64,000 bases of DNA from Rhizophagus irregularis (lineage: Eukaryota): contig NC_089435.1 of NCBI RefSeq assembly GCF_026210795.1, positions 2,914,001 to 2,978,000 of the forward strand, given 5' to 3'. Within the stretch, counting starts at the first letter, position 1. The number at the start of each line of letters is the position of its first letter. The position numbers and the translations under genes were made by a program. The notes beneath the pieces are model-generated. The model made no database searches. It saw only the letters and a list, made by a program, of their open reading frames with translations, and had not been told where the DNA came from. This document shows positions 14,640 to 28,863 of the stretch, piece by piece.

Positions 14640-16535
14640 AGTTTTTGAATCAGAGAAATTAGTTTAACTAAATAACATTATTAAATTATCTTTTTATGTA
14701 TGGTATATTGGTTCAAAATAAAATTTAAATTGTTGTATTTAATAAAAATCATGATTATAAATTATCCAGAATTAAAATTACAAATATCATCTAATAATAA
14801 TTTATTCTATATATTTCAAAACATTTTAAATGTCTTATGAGTAAAGATAAAATCAAGAGTTCAATGTCTTAAATTGTCTTAAAGAGCAAGAAACAGTTAA
14901 ATGAAAAAACAGCACATAATGAAGAAATAGAAAAGTGAAATAACTAGTGAAACTCAATTTGAAGCAAACCTTTAAAAAATGATAGTTATTGCGTCATTCA
15001 GATAAGAACATGTATAAATAAAAGGTATAGTTTAAACGTCTGTTGTACTGAAATTATTTTTCTCTGTGAAATAAAAATAGTTTAAACGTCTATATTGACG
15101 CTTTGATGTTAAACTTATTAAAATAATTAATTTAGTATTAAAAGAATTTGATATTTAGCCATTAACAAAAAATACTAGTCCGTCCGAATTAGCATTATCC
15201 AATAGACTGACCAATAATATATATCACTATCTTATAAAAATATTAAACAAATTCACTGTCAAATCCCGCCATAATGATTGATTTTTTTTTAAGCAAAAAA
15301 TTTTTTGTTTCTTTAACTCAAAAAATCGGAAATTTTGGAATAAAAATTACCTAATTTGAGAATTTTAAACTACTAACTACTATCAGCTGCACAATGTAAA
15401 AAAAAAAATTTTTAATGAAAAAGCAAACATAGTTTAAAATATTTTACATTAATGTTATAAACTTGATCAAAGATTGAAATGATGTTGATAAGTTTGCATG
15501 GTTTCTTCAATAATCGAAAGAATTAAAAGAAAACTATTTTAGGTGTAAACAAAAGTTTTAACAATGAACTTTTCTATACTATCTCGATGTTAGAAGGCTA
15601 ATTTGGTTATGCATCATAATTTCTTTTTTACTTATAAGCCGTCACAATCTTATAAGACTAGGAAAACGGAAACTGTTTAAGTCCTCCAGACTTTTTGGTA
15701 TTATTTGTGTAATGACATGAGTGGGTACAACTAAATTACATGACAATAATATATTTCAAGGCTCGTATTAAAAAAGGAAATAAGAGTGATGTTTTTGACG
15801 GGACAAATATTAATTTTAACTTTATCAGTGCGGGAATAATTGCAAAAACAATTAATTCCAAAATCAACGTAAGTAAATACATTACGTCAAGAAAGTACTA
15901 TCTATCTAATACAAAATTTGAAACTATACACTGAGTATACAGTATAATGAATTGGCCAGTTACCTTTTTGCTTCATTATATTCAATTATGCATAATTTTA
16001 AAATTTTTATGTGTTTTGTCAATAAAGAAAAAAAAAAGGTTAATAAAAATATTTGCAATGTCTATTTTTCATTTAAACTTATAATAATGGCGTAGTTATA
16101 AGTTATCAATTAAAATTTTTTGTTTCACATTTAATAATTTTAATAAATTTATTTACAGTATATTCAGCTAATCGGATCAATGAATAAATTACTCATCCCG
16201 TAAAGATTATAAACAAAAAGATTTAGCTATATACACCAATGAAAGTAGAGATTTTAATCAATCAGTTTGTGTTAAAGTTTATTTACGGTAAGTATTTTTT
16301 GTTCAAGTCTGATGTTTCACGTGATACCATTTACGTAGTAAGATTCATTCATAAAGCAATGCATATTTATTTTTATATCAATTAAATTTATTATTTTTCG
16401 TGCTCTAAAGCTCTAAAATTGGAAAAAAGTCCATATTTACATTTATTGACTGTTTCTTTACAAGATTTACCGTTACACTATTGTATTGTTATCTAAGATA
16501 TCTAGAAAGTTAATTATTGTTGTGTGATCTTATAA

Positions 16536-16799
16536 GACCATTCAAAACTAATAATTAGTTTAACGTTCTTTCTGCTGAAAAATTTGGGAGGAGGAAATAT
16601 TAAATTTAAACAAACATGTTATTTTAAACATAATAATACTTCAGTAAAATCGGAAATATTCGGTACAACTCAACTTTAGAAAAGAGGAGTGATTTAAACA
16701 TATGTGAACATATGTGTTTAAATTATTTTTAAAATTTTCAAAAATAGAGGGGGAGGAGAACGTTAAAGTCGTTAAACTAAAAATTAATTTGGAATGACC
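16536..16799. mobile_element. Degenerate MITE, PIF/Harbinger (Tourist)-like
   Basis: Left end GACCATTCAAAACTAATAATTAGTTTAACG; right-end reverse complement GGTCATTCCAAATTAATTTTTAGTTTAACG; TAA on both flanks. Confidence 0.55.
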
Positions 16800-18169
16800 T
16801 AATATGTGCATTAGGGCGTAAAAGTGATAAAATTAAGCTATCGCATAGCTTGAGTTTATTTTATACAAAATAAATAAACAAATAAAAATAAAATAGTAAA
16901 TTATATTCTTACTTCGTAAAAAGTGCGATATTCTGAAATTTACGCAGATTGGATTGGCGGAGAATATTATGAATGGAACTTTACAGGACAACATTTATAT
17001 GGAATGAAAATCTTGAAAAAGTTTAAAAAAACAAATAATTTAGATAACAAGTGTTTATTATGCAAGCAGTAAAAGTAAACTATACTAATTTGATAATTTA
17101 CTTGAACCAAAAAAATGCAACTGAAGTCTGAATGTAATTTTAAATTTTCTTTCAAATTAAAATTATTTTTTTTTAAAAAAAAAAAATACATATAATAGAA
17201 CAAAAAGGTTAGTATATATTTGATATTTTTCACTAAAAGTTTAACTTTTTCTAACATGACATTTATTTATTTTTAAAAGAATACTATAGGAAAACCTATA
17301 GTTTTAATATTTCTGAAGATAGCGAACACTTTTTTTATTTGTAATATCATTATATAATTATATATATATAATCAAAATTCTTATATACAAAGTTAAATAT
17401 ATTTTTTTGATTTATTATATTAAAAATAAAAATCTTGTTTATATATTATGTGTATATACAACACTTTATGATAGCAAATGAATATATAGGGATGAGTTGA
17501 ACCTGTTTCAGGACTGATGTCCTCATGTCCTAGGCCCTAGGGACTAGTTTAAAGTCAAACAGGCCAATGAAGATTAGATCATGAAAATATTAGAAAAAAC
17601 GAAATGGTTATTAAACTAACTAACTAAATCTTTATAATTTTTTTTGTTTGAAATAACGATTCAATTATTTATTATTTACTTTATAATTAGTAAAAACTAA
17701 AAACGGTATTTATAATATATATTTATTATGATTTTAATAATAATGACTGGATATATTGACCAATTGATAATATTAGTTTTGGACTGACGGTTCTTTTAGG
17801 ACGGCCCCAGATATCAACATTATAGGACTTATTAGTCTTGGTTCCTTATATCCGAAATAAAAGAACTTACCATGTGTCATCTTAACATTTAAGATTATGT
17901 AATCAACATGTATTGATTAAATTCTAAATAAAACGATGTTATTAATTTTTTTTTCATTTTTTTTTTGTTCATATATTAACTTTTTTAATAATGCTAAAAA
18001 CCGAATATTTTCATGTCTTTATAAATACTCACTACAAAATCTTAGTGGAACAATTGTTCCGAATTCAAATTCAAAATTTTAATCATACAATAATAAGGTT
18101 GTGAAATGAAATGCTGTTAAAACAATAATATAGATCGAATTATTTAACAAATCAAGTAAAGAAAATAAT

Positions 18170-18570
18170 TATAAATTGTAAGGTTGCAACATTTTTTGAA
18201 TTTTAGATGATGTGTATTATGATATTACTATTGAATTTGATAATGAACCTTAGTATGCCCACTGAAAATATTCCGTGCTCATAAGATCATTTTATATTAT
18301 TGTTCTCCTTATTTACGAAGAATTCCGTTAACTAATAAAAAGAAAAAAGATGGAGCTTTAACAATTAAACACATTAAATTACCGATTATTTTACCTGAAA
18401 ACTTTTCAAGTAATTTAAAAATTTTATTAATTTTGCAATATTTTTATTCAATTTAAGTAGTTAAATAAATATTGGTCGCAGCTAGAATACTTGGCTTCAA
18501 GTAAGAATTAATTATCCTTCCACAATCATTTTTAATCGAAAGCAAATCAGAATGGATGGAACTAAATTTT
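18170..18570 (+). pseudogene. BTB-TLDc family relic (BTB part)
   Basis: Recognisable YYDITIE, IFRAHKIILYY-SPYLRRI, IKLP-ILPE and SKSEWMELNF segments with stops and deletions. Confidence 0.8.
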
Positions 18571-19164
18571 AAGACCAAATATTAACTCTTCTCTAAGATG
18601 TGTCGTGATATTAATCTGTTAAATAATAAATAATTACGTTCTACTAGTCTATGAATTCTCGTACCTTAACTTAGTGACTGAGTGACTTTAGGGCGTTCTA
18701 CTTGCTTTTACGCTGTTAACATTTAGAGCGAATAACACAATAATATCCAATTAATGTGCATCGATTAAATTTTCAAGAAAACGATATTATTAATTCATCA
18801 TGTTTTTTTTGTTCATATAATACTTTTTCAAAAATTCTATCCGAATACTTTTGTAAATCTTTTACACGATCTGCAAGATCTGCAGTATCTAAGCAGAAAT
18901 TGCTTGAATTTAAAATTTAATTATAATAGATTGCGAAATTAATTATTTTTTCAGAAATATTAATTTAAACCTGTTATTCATAATAATTATATGACTTTCA
19001 CCATGCAAGTACTTCCTTTTAAGAAAAAATCATCAACGGACTTTAATAATGATCATCTGACAAATCATTTACATATAAGTACACATTAATAGCCATAATT
19101 GTGTTAGCATATTGCAATTTTTTTCTTTTTCTTTTTCTTTCGTATTTTGAATTTAAAAATTACA

Positions 19165-20714
19165 ATGATTGATAATAATTTATTACAAAATTTATCACAA
19201 AATTTACTTAAAATTTTAGATGATGAGGAATATTATGATATTACTATTGAAGTTGGCAGTAAACCTAATGTTAACATATTTCGTGCTCATAAGGTCATTT
19301 TATATTATCGTTCTCCTTATTTACGAAAAATTCTGTCAACCAATAAAAAGAAAAATAATGGAACTTTGACACATGTTAAATTACCAAATATCTTACCTAA
19401 AATTTTCCAGATAATCTTAAGGTAAAAAAAAAAAATATATTAATAATCTTTATTTTATAATATATAGTGTAATAAAACATTTTTATTCTTAGGTATATTT
19501 ATGGTGGAACACTTTCCTTGTCCGAGTATAAAACTTCAGATATTTTTAGAATCTTGGTCGCTGCTAATGAACTTAGAATTCAAGAATTAATTATCCTTCT
19601 ACAATCCTTTTTAATTAAAAACAAATCAGAATGGTTGGAGTTAAATATTAATAATGTATATCAAGAAATTTTTGAAAACGAACCTTTCTCAGCACTTCAA
19701 AAGTATTATAATAACTTAATATCTGACGATCCAGATAAAATATTAAAATCATTAGATCTCTCTTCGACTCCGGAAAATCTTTTGCTCGCACTTATTAAAA
19801 GCGATAAACTTCAAAAGAATGCAATACATGTATGGGAATATGTGATTAAATGGGGACATGCTCAAAATCCAGAACTTTCCTCGGATCCTACAGATTTCTC
19901 AAAAGAAGATTTTAATACTTTAAAAAATAGTTTACAAGGATATATTCCACATATTAAACTTAAACTCTATAATTTAGCTTCTTTGGAATTTTCAAACAAA
20001 GTATTACCTTATAAAAGGATTTTACCAAAGGAATTATATAAAGATTTATTAAAAAGTTACTTGAAACCTAGTAATCAAGCAATTAAAAAAACAGAACCTA
20101 ATATTTTTAAAGATGTTGAAAATGTTAATGAAATTAATCCAAAGAATATTGACTCTAAGATTATCACATCTCAACACGCTGAATTAATTTTGAAAGGGAT
20201 TAATATGAATAACTCGAATATTTTTACTTCAATATTTTCAAAATTTATTAAAGACAAGGATACTACTCCTGCTACTGTGAATGCTACGTTCAAATTATTA
20301 CTTCGTGGAACTCGTGATGGATTTACATCTAAAAAATTCCATGAAACCTGCGATGATCAATCTCATACTGTAACAATTATTAAGGTGAAAGATAACAATG
20401 AAATTCTTGGAGGATATAATCCTGTTGCATGGAAATCTGATAATAGTTTTGGTGGAACTAAAGATTGTTTTATATTCTCTTTTAAGGGCGATAATAATAT
20501 TGAAAATCATATTTTAAGTCGTATAAAGTATGAACATGAAAGTATGGCTATATTTAATAGCAATTGGGCGGGATCAAGTTTTAGTACGAATGACCTTAGT
20601 TTGGATGAAGGTGTTGGTTATTGTAGTCAATTGTATTATGAAAAACCGATCAGAGAAACTACAAATAATTTTTTGGTAGAAGAGTATGAAGTATTTCAAA
20701 TTATTAGACATTGA
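19165..20714 (+). CDS. BTB/POZ-BACK-TLDc protein, copy A (intact); exons 19165-19421, 19493-20714
   Basis: BTB (YYDITIEVG..FRAHKVIL..RSPYL), in-frame intron giving ILR-YIYGG, BACK (VWEYVIKWG), TLDc (LLLRGTRDGF..FHETCD..ILGGYNP..VEEYEVFQI). Confidence 0.9.
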
Positions 20715-21543
20715 TTTTTGTTTGCATAAATTATCTGTGATTATTTTAGTATTATAGCATGTTTCTTACCAGGTATATTTATTATAAGATGCTATTTTGA
20801 TTTTTATTTCGTGAAGTATTTAATTCTCTTATATTAAAAAAAATGAAATCCTACAAATAAGTTTATAGGGATGGGTTATAGAGAACTAACTTTGTTAAGT
20901 TAAAGTCAATACATAAATATGTTCTAGATCATAGGAGTTCATTTTATTGGAAAAACTTTATATATTTAAGTTATAATTTATTATTATCATTATTATTATT
21001 ATTTTATTAAAGAATAAATAAAATTAACCAAATAAAATATTTAAAAATTATAATGAAATTATCATTAATTTAGGACCTTACATAGTCTTTGAGGAATAGG
21101 TTATACTAACAAAAAAAATTTAATAACATAATCACTACACGATCCGCAAAATCTAGTCTAAAATTTGTTTCAATAGACCGAGTTATCCATGGTAAACGGT
21201 ATTGCCTAATAGTAAAAATTCTGATTGTAATTAATTAATAATATATAGTATTGGTGTTAATTAAAAGAAAAGAAGTGATCAAAAAGATGAAAATCGAAAT
21301 CGAACTTGCAAGAAAAAAAATTTAATTTTGAAAACCCGGAATTTTTGTCTAGTAATTGATTACTTTTTAATAGTTTCAAATTTACAATTATTAAATCATA
21401 AAGATTAATTTATTTTTAACAATATGATTCAAGTATTTCATCACTTACATATAAATAGTACACATAATTCTAACATTACATTTTTTTTTTCTTTTCATTC
21501 TTCATTTCTTTCTTTCGTATTTTGAAAATTAATTAAAATTACA

Positions 21544-21638
21544 ATGGTTGATGACAATAATTTCTGTATAATGATATTACTATTGAAGTTGGAAATGACC
21601 TTTATGTAAACATATTCCGTACTCATAAGGTCATTTTG
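21544..21638 (+). pseudogene. Short BTB exon-1 relic
   Basis: ATGGTTGATGAC..GATATTACTATTGAAGTTGGAAATGAC..CATAAGGTCATTTT, then runs directly into sequence resembling the family's 3' flank. Confidence 0.7.
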
Positions 21639-22478
21639 GAAAATAATTTAGGTTATTTTGATTTGTTTTATATATTATTTAATATTATACGTTTCTTTGC
21701 TTCTTGAAGACATATTTTTTAAGATGATCAGTACTTTGATTTTATTTTAAACTATTTTTTATATAACTTTACAATTTCTATAAATTTACAATTAAATGAG
21801 AATAAATAAGTTTACAGTATAATGGTGTGATTATGATCTAGATCATAAAAATTATTAGACGCTTCATTTTATTCATAAAATAAATTGTTTTTTTTTTATT
21901 AGATATAAAATCGGTATTTTTTTTTGTTTATTATTTTATTAAAATGCAAATAAAATGAATATAGTATTTAATATATTTAAATAAATATAATAAAATTATT
22001 AACCACCAATTTAGGACTTGATTTTAGAGTTTTATACATGATAAGATTAAGTCTTGGTCTTGTGGACATTTTATAATATTGTTTTAAAGATGCTGACCAT
22101 AATTTGTGTAAAATCTGTAAAAATTTTTGGGCAATGCTAAATCTCACCGCAGGAGATTCTTACGGATCTTACCGCACCAAGCATTAGCAAATATGAGTTT
22201 TATGACATTTTTAATTCTGCCCAAAATTCTACTCTAATTCTGGTAAGGTGACAATGTTGTGCCCAAGTTTACGATTGCCCCAAATCAACGATCGGCCTAA
22301 ATTATTTACACAATCTGCGAAAATTTTTTTTACGTCATAATAATGATCATCTGACGAATCATTTAACAAATAGTAAGTACCACGTAGTACACGTTATTAG
22401 TAACCATAATAGTACAAATTCTAACATGCTGCATTTTTTTTTCTTTCTTTCGTATTTTGAAAATTAATTAAAAATACA

Positions 22479-24027
22479 ATGGTTAATTATCTTGATGAAG
22501 TTGAACTATTACAAAACTTATCCCAAAATTTTTGGATGAAGATGAATATTATGATATTACTATTGAAGTCGGAAATGACCCTCACGTAAATATATTCCGT
22601 GCTCATAAGGTCATCTTATATTATCGTTCTCCCTATTTACGAAGAATTCTGTCAACCAATAAAAAGAAAGATGATGAAGTTTTTATACATATTAAATTAC
22701 CAAATATTTTACCTGAAATTTTTCAGATAATATTAAGGTAAATAACTAAATTAACTAATATTTGTTTTAAGATTAAAATGTAACAAATCATTTTTTATTT
22801 TTAGATATATTTATAGTGGAACACTTTCTTTGAATGAATATGAGACTTCAGATATTATTAAAATTTTGATTGCTGCTAACGAACTTAGTCTTCAAGAATT
22901 AATTAACTTTCTACAATCATTTTTAATTGAAAATAAATCAGAATGGATGGAGCTAAATTTTAATGATATATATCAAGCAATTTTTGAAAACAATTCTTTT
23001 TCGGAACTCCAAGATTATTGTAATGACTTTATGTCTAACAATCCAGATAATATATTCAAATCATTAGATCTCCAGAAAACCTTTTGGTCAAACTTATTCA
23101 AAACGATAAACTTCAAATGAGTGAATTCAAGTGTGGGAACATGTGGTTAAATGGGGACATACTCAAAATCCAGAACTTCCCTCAGATCCTACAAATTTCT
23201 CAAAGGAAGACTTTAATACCTTAAAGAATAGTTTACAACGATGTATTCCATTTATTAATTTCTATAATTTAACTTCCGAAGAATTCTCAGATAATGTATT
23301 ACCTTATAAAAAGATTTTACCAAAGGAATTATATAAAGATTTATTAAAAAGTTACTTGAAACCTAATAACCGACCAATTAAAAATACAGAACCTAATATA
23401 ATTAAAGATGTTGAAAATGTTAATGTAATTAATACAAAGAATATTGACTCTAAGATTATCACATCTCAACACGCTGAATTAATTTTGAAATGGATTAATG
23501 TGAAGAGTTCAAATGATAGCTATGATAGCTCAATTTCTTTTACTTCATTATTTTCAAAATTTATTTATAATGATATTAAGGACAAGGATACTAGTTCTAC
23601 TGTAAAAACTTCATTCAAATTATTATTTCGTGGGACTCGGGATGGATTTACAACTGAAAAATTTCATGAAATCTGTGATGATCAATCCCATACTATTACA
23701 ATCATTAAAGTGAAAAATAGTAATGAAATTCTTGGAGGATACAATCCTATTGCATGGAAATCTGATGATCGTTATAGATATACTAAAAAAAGTTTTATAT
23801 TCTCTTTTAAGGATAATAATAATATTGAAAATCACATTTTAAGTCGTGTGAATAATGAAAAATTTGCTACATTTAATAGCTTCTTGTCAGGTTTAAATTT
23901 TGGAAACAGTGACCTTACTTTATATAATGGTAGAGGTAATTGTATAAAATATTCTTACGAAAAATCTATCAGGAAAACTACTGGTTTGTTTTCAGTAGAA
24001 GAATATGAAGTATTTCAAATTATATGA
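22479..24027 (+). pseudogene. BTB-BACK-TLDc copy B, frameshifted
   Basis: Relative to paralogs: ~10-nt deletion near 22530, 10-nt deletion near 23070 and 1-nt deletion near 23125. Confidence 0.85.
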
Positions 24028-25016
24028 GGTTGATATATATTTATCCGTGAAATAATTTAGTTTATTTTAATTTGTTTTATAAAATATTTTTAACACTTGA
24101 AGATATACTGTATTTATTTTAAGATGGTACTTTGATTTTATTTTAAACTTTTTTTTGAATTCCCATACTTAAATATGAAAATAAATTTACAATTTAATGA
24201 GAGTAAATGAGTTTACAGTATTGTATTAGGTCATACCTGTTTCAGTAGGGATGTCGGAACTAGTGTTATTGAGTTCAAGTCAGGCCAACTAATATATTCA
24301 GAAGAATCGATCGAATCAATAAATATGATCACCTATCACAAAAATATATTATAATTATTTAACGCTTCGTTTTATTCATAAATCTTTTTATTAGATATAA
24401 ATCAGTATTTTTTCTTTATTTTATTATTATTTTCTTTTTTATTAAAATGCGAATAAATTAACAAAAACAAATATATCATAGTTTATGTAAAATAAAACGA
24501 TAAACGGAAATATTAATTTTTTTTACGTCATAATAATAAAATACAAAAACAAAATAAAATTAATCAAAAAATCAAAAAAAAAGATGAAAAAAATTGATGA
24601 ATTTAGTAACCGGAGACTAAGCAATACAGAATATAAACCAATTAGAAAATTCTGGAAAATTTTATAGCACTGTTAGAACTAGATACGACACCTAGTTATT
24701 TTTGTTCTTTATACTTAGAATTAGTTGATTAGATTAGTTTATAATTAGTCAGTAGTAATTGAAATAAGAAGATTGTTTAGTTATAGAGAATTTATTAATT
24801 AATTTAATAATTTTTCTAGGTACTTAAATAATTATGTAATCGATTATTCGATTCGATTTTAAATAATTAATAAATGCGTTAAAAAACAAAAAAAAAAAAA
24901 TTTACGTCATAATCTGACGAATCACTTACATATGAGTACCACGTAGTACACGTTGTAAATTCTAACATGCTGCATTTTTTTTTTCTTTTGTATTTTTGAA
25001 ATTATTAAACATTACA

Positions 25017-26512
25017 ATGGTTAATGATAAACTATTACAAAACTTGTCACGAAATTTACTCAAAATTTTGGATGACGATGAATATTATGATATTACTATT
25101 GAAGTCGGAAATGACCCTTACGTAAATATATTTCGTGCTCATAAGGTCATTTTATATTATCGTTCTCCTTATTTACGAAGAATTCTGTCAACCAATAAAA
25201 AGAAAGATGATAAAGCTTTGATACATCATATTAAATTACCAAATATTTTACCTGAAATTTTTCAGATAATATTAAGGTAAATAACTCTATTAGTTAATCT
25301 TTGTTTTAAAATTAAAATCTAACAATTTTTTTTATTTTTAAGTATATTTATAGTGGAACACTTCTTTGAATGAATATGAGACTTCAGATATTATTAAAAT
25401 CTTGATTGCTGCTAACGAACTTAATCTTCAAGAATTAATTAACTTATTACAATCATTTTTAATTGAAAATAAATCAGAATGGATGGAGCTAAATTTTAAT
25501 GATATATATCAAACAATTTTTGAAAACAATTCTTTTTCAGAACTTCAAGATTATTGTAATGACTTAATATATAACAATCCAGATAAAATATTCAAATCAT
25601 TAGATCTCCGGAAAACCTTTTGGTCAAACTTATTCAAAACGATAAACTTCAAATGAGTGAATTCAAATGTGGGAACATGTGGTTAAATGGGGACATACTC
25701 AAAATCCAGAACTTTCCTCAGATCCTACAAATTTCTCAAAGAAAGATTTTAGTACTTTAAGGAACAGTTTACAACAGTGTACTCAATTTGTTAATTTTTA
25801 TAATTTAACTTCTGAAGAATTTTCAGACAAAGTATTGCCCTATAAAAATATTTTACCAAAGGAATTGTATAAAGATTTATTAAAATATTACTTAAATCCT
25901 ATTAATCAAACAATTAAAAAATCAGAACCCAATATAATTAAGAATGTTAAAGATTCTGAAATTGATTCAAAAAATATTGACTCTAAGATTATTACATCTC
26001 AACATGCTGAATTAATTTTGAAATGGATTAATATGAAGGGTTCAAATAGCTCAAATACTTTTACTTCAATATTTTCGAAATTTATTTATAATGATATTAA
26101 GGTCAAGGACACTAGTTCTACTGTGAATAATTCATTCAAATTATTACTTCGTGGGACTGTTGCAATCATTAAGGTGGAAGATAGCAATGAAATTCTTGGA
26201 GGATATAATCCTGTTGCATGGAAATCTGGTAGTAGTTTTAAATATAATGAAGAAGATTTTAATTATAATAAAGAAAGTTTTATATTCTCTTTTAAGGATA
26301 ATAATAATATTGAAAATCACATTTTAAGTCGTGTAAATGAAGGATCTCTTGCTACATATAATACCTTCTCGTCAGGTTTAAATTTTGGAGTCAGTGACCT
26401 TGTTTTATATAATAGGCGTGGGCGTAGTCATCATAATAATTATGAAAAACCTATCAGAGGAGTTACTGATTGGTTTTCAGTAGAAGAATATGAAGTATTT
26501 CAAATTATATGA
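25017..26512 (+). pseudogene. BTB-BACK-TLDc copy C, frameshifted
   Basis: Same 10-nt and 1-nt deletions as copy B (~25606, ~25661), altered splice acceptor near 25341, and an in-frame deletion in TLDc (LLRGT|VAII) near 26158. Confidence 0.85.
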
Positions 26513-27215
26513 GATTGATAAATATTTATCCTTGAAAATAATTTTGGTTTTGATTTGTTTTATAAATTATTTTTCTTAACAAGTATATTTTGACTTTGTG
26601 GTTACTTATTTTGTATATTTATTTTATTTTATTTTTTTTTAAAAAAAAAATTATAGCGTTTAAGTGGTTAAAAAATAAAAATCCTGGTTATATTACTTAT
26701 ATATCAACATTTGTATGTACCTTTAACTTGAATAGAAATGCAATAAAATGTATTGATTATGAAAAAAATGTTATAACAAATTTATAAAATTCTCAAACGA
26801 TTTATTGTAATTCAAGTAATAGCGCTCGTTACACAACCTGTAAATAACATTTATTCGAATATTTCGTGATATGCTACATGATCGGCAAAATTTACCGTTA
26901 ACCGAAGAATCCAGGCGATTTATAGTCTTCATTTTTATCAAAAAAAAAAAAAAAAAAAAAAATGGAAAAAGAATATGGAGAAAAATTCTTTTTTTTATAT
27001 CCCTAAAAATAGCTTATGTAATACAAAAAAAAAAAATTGAAAAGATTTGGGAGTCACGCAGTCACAGCAGCAAATGTATCGTGTACGTCTGTACGACATA
27101 CTATCTTATACGACATATTATGTGACATATAGAACATAGCACCTGATCGTATAAGAACGATACATTTGCGTCACGGCATGATTCATTTATGTTACACCAT
27201 GTCTTTAAAAATGAT
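26513..27215 (+). repeat. Intergenic spacer duplicated at ~28864-29630
   Basis: Near-identical blocks, e.g. GTGATATGCTACATGATCGGCAAAATTTACCGTTAACCGAAGAATC at ~26866 and ~29234. Confidence 0.9.
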
Positions 27216-27337
27216 CATCTGACGAATCACTTACATATAAGTGCCACGTAGTACACGTTGTTAGTAACCATAATAGTATAAATTCTAACATGCTGCATTT
27301 TTTTTTCTTTCGTATTGCTGAAATTATTAACATTACA

Positions 27338-28863
27338 ATGGTTAATAATAAACTATTACAAAATTTATCACAAAATTTACTTAAAATTTTGGATGACGAT
27401 GAATATTATGATATTACTATTGAAGTCGGAAATGACCCTCACGTAAATATATTCCGTGCTCATAAGGTCATCTTATATTATCGTTCCCCTTATTTACGAA
27501 GTATTCTGTCAACCAATAAAAAGAAAGATGATGAAGCTTTGACACATATTAAATTACCAAATATTTTACCTGAAATTTTTTCAGATAATATTAAGGTAAA
27601 TAACCAAATTAACTAGTAATATTTGTTTTATAATTAAAATGTAACAAATCATTTTTTATTTTTAGATATATTTATAGTGGAACACTTTCTTTGAATTTGA
27701 ATGAATATGAAACTTCAGATATTATTAAAATCTTGATTGCTGCTAACGAACTTAATCTTCAAGAGTTAATTATCCTTCTACAGTCTTTTTTAATTGAATA
27801 TAGGTCAGATTGGATTGAGCTAAATCTTAATGAAGTATATCAAACAATTTTTGAAAATAATTCTTTTTTAGAACTTCAGAAATACTGTGATCACTTAATA
27901 TCTATAAGACCAGATAATATATTTAAATCATTAGGTCTCTCTTCAACTCCAGAAAAACTTTTGGTCAAACTTATTCAAAACGATAATCTACAAATGAGTG
28001 CAATACACGTATGGGAATATGTGGTTAAATGGGGACATGCTCAAAATCCAGAACTTCCTTCAGATCCTACAAATTTCTCAAAGGAAGACTTTAATACTTT
28101 AAAGAATAGTTTACAACGATGTATTCCATTTATTAATTTCTATAATTTAACTTCCGAAGAATTCTCAGACAACGTATTACCTTACGAAAATATTTTGCCA
28201 AATGAATTATATAAAGATATATTAAGAAGTTACTTGAAACCTAATAATCAACCAATTAAAAAATTAGAACCTAATATAATTAAAGGTGTTGAAAATGTTT
28301 ATGAAATTAATCCAAAGAATATTGACTCTAAGATTATTACATCTCAACACGCATAATTAATTTTGAAATGGATTAATATGAACAGTTCAGATGCTTCTTT
28401 TACTTCAATATTTTCTAAAATTATTTATAATGACAAGGATATTAGTTCATTCAAATTATTACTTCGCGGAACTCGTGATGGATTTAAACCTCGAAAATTT
28501 CATGAAATCTGTGATGATCAATCCCATACTGTTACAATCATTAAAGTGAGAGATAGAAATGAAATTCTTGGAGGATATAATCCTATTGCATGGAAATCTG
28601 ATGACGACTATAGTTATACTAAAGGAAGTTTTATATTCTCTTTTAAGGATAATAATAATATTGAAAATCACATTTTAAGTCGTTCAATTTCTAGATTTTC
28701 GACTATACATAATAGATCCTCGTCGTGTTTAGAATTTGGACTCAGTGATCTTACTTTGCTTGATGGTAGAGGTCATTGTAAAAAATATGATTACGAAAAA
28801 CCCATCAGGGAAACTGCGGATTATTTTTTAGTAGAAGAATATGAAGTATTTCAAATTGTATGA
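27338..28863 (+). pseudogene. BTB-BACK-TLDc copy D, disrupted
   Basis: Extra T in a homopolymer at ~27576-27581 and an in-frame TAA at 28354-28356 where paralogs have GAA (QHAELIL). Confidence 0.8.

Noticed and set aside
4944..28356. Stop-codon reassignment suggested by two GAA>TAA in-frame stops
   Set aside because: TAA terminates intact genes in the window; ordinary nonsense mutations are sufficient.
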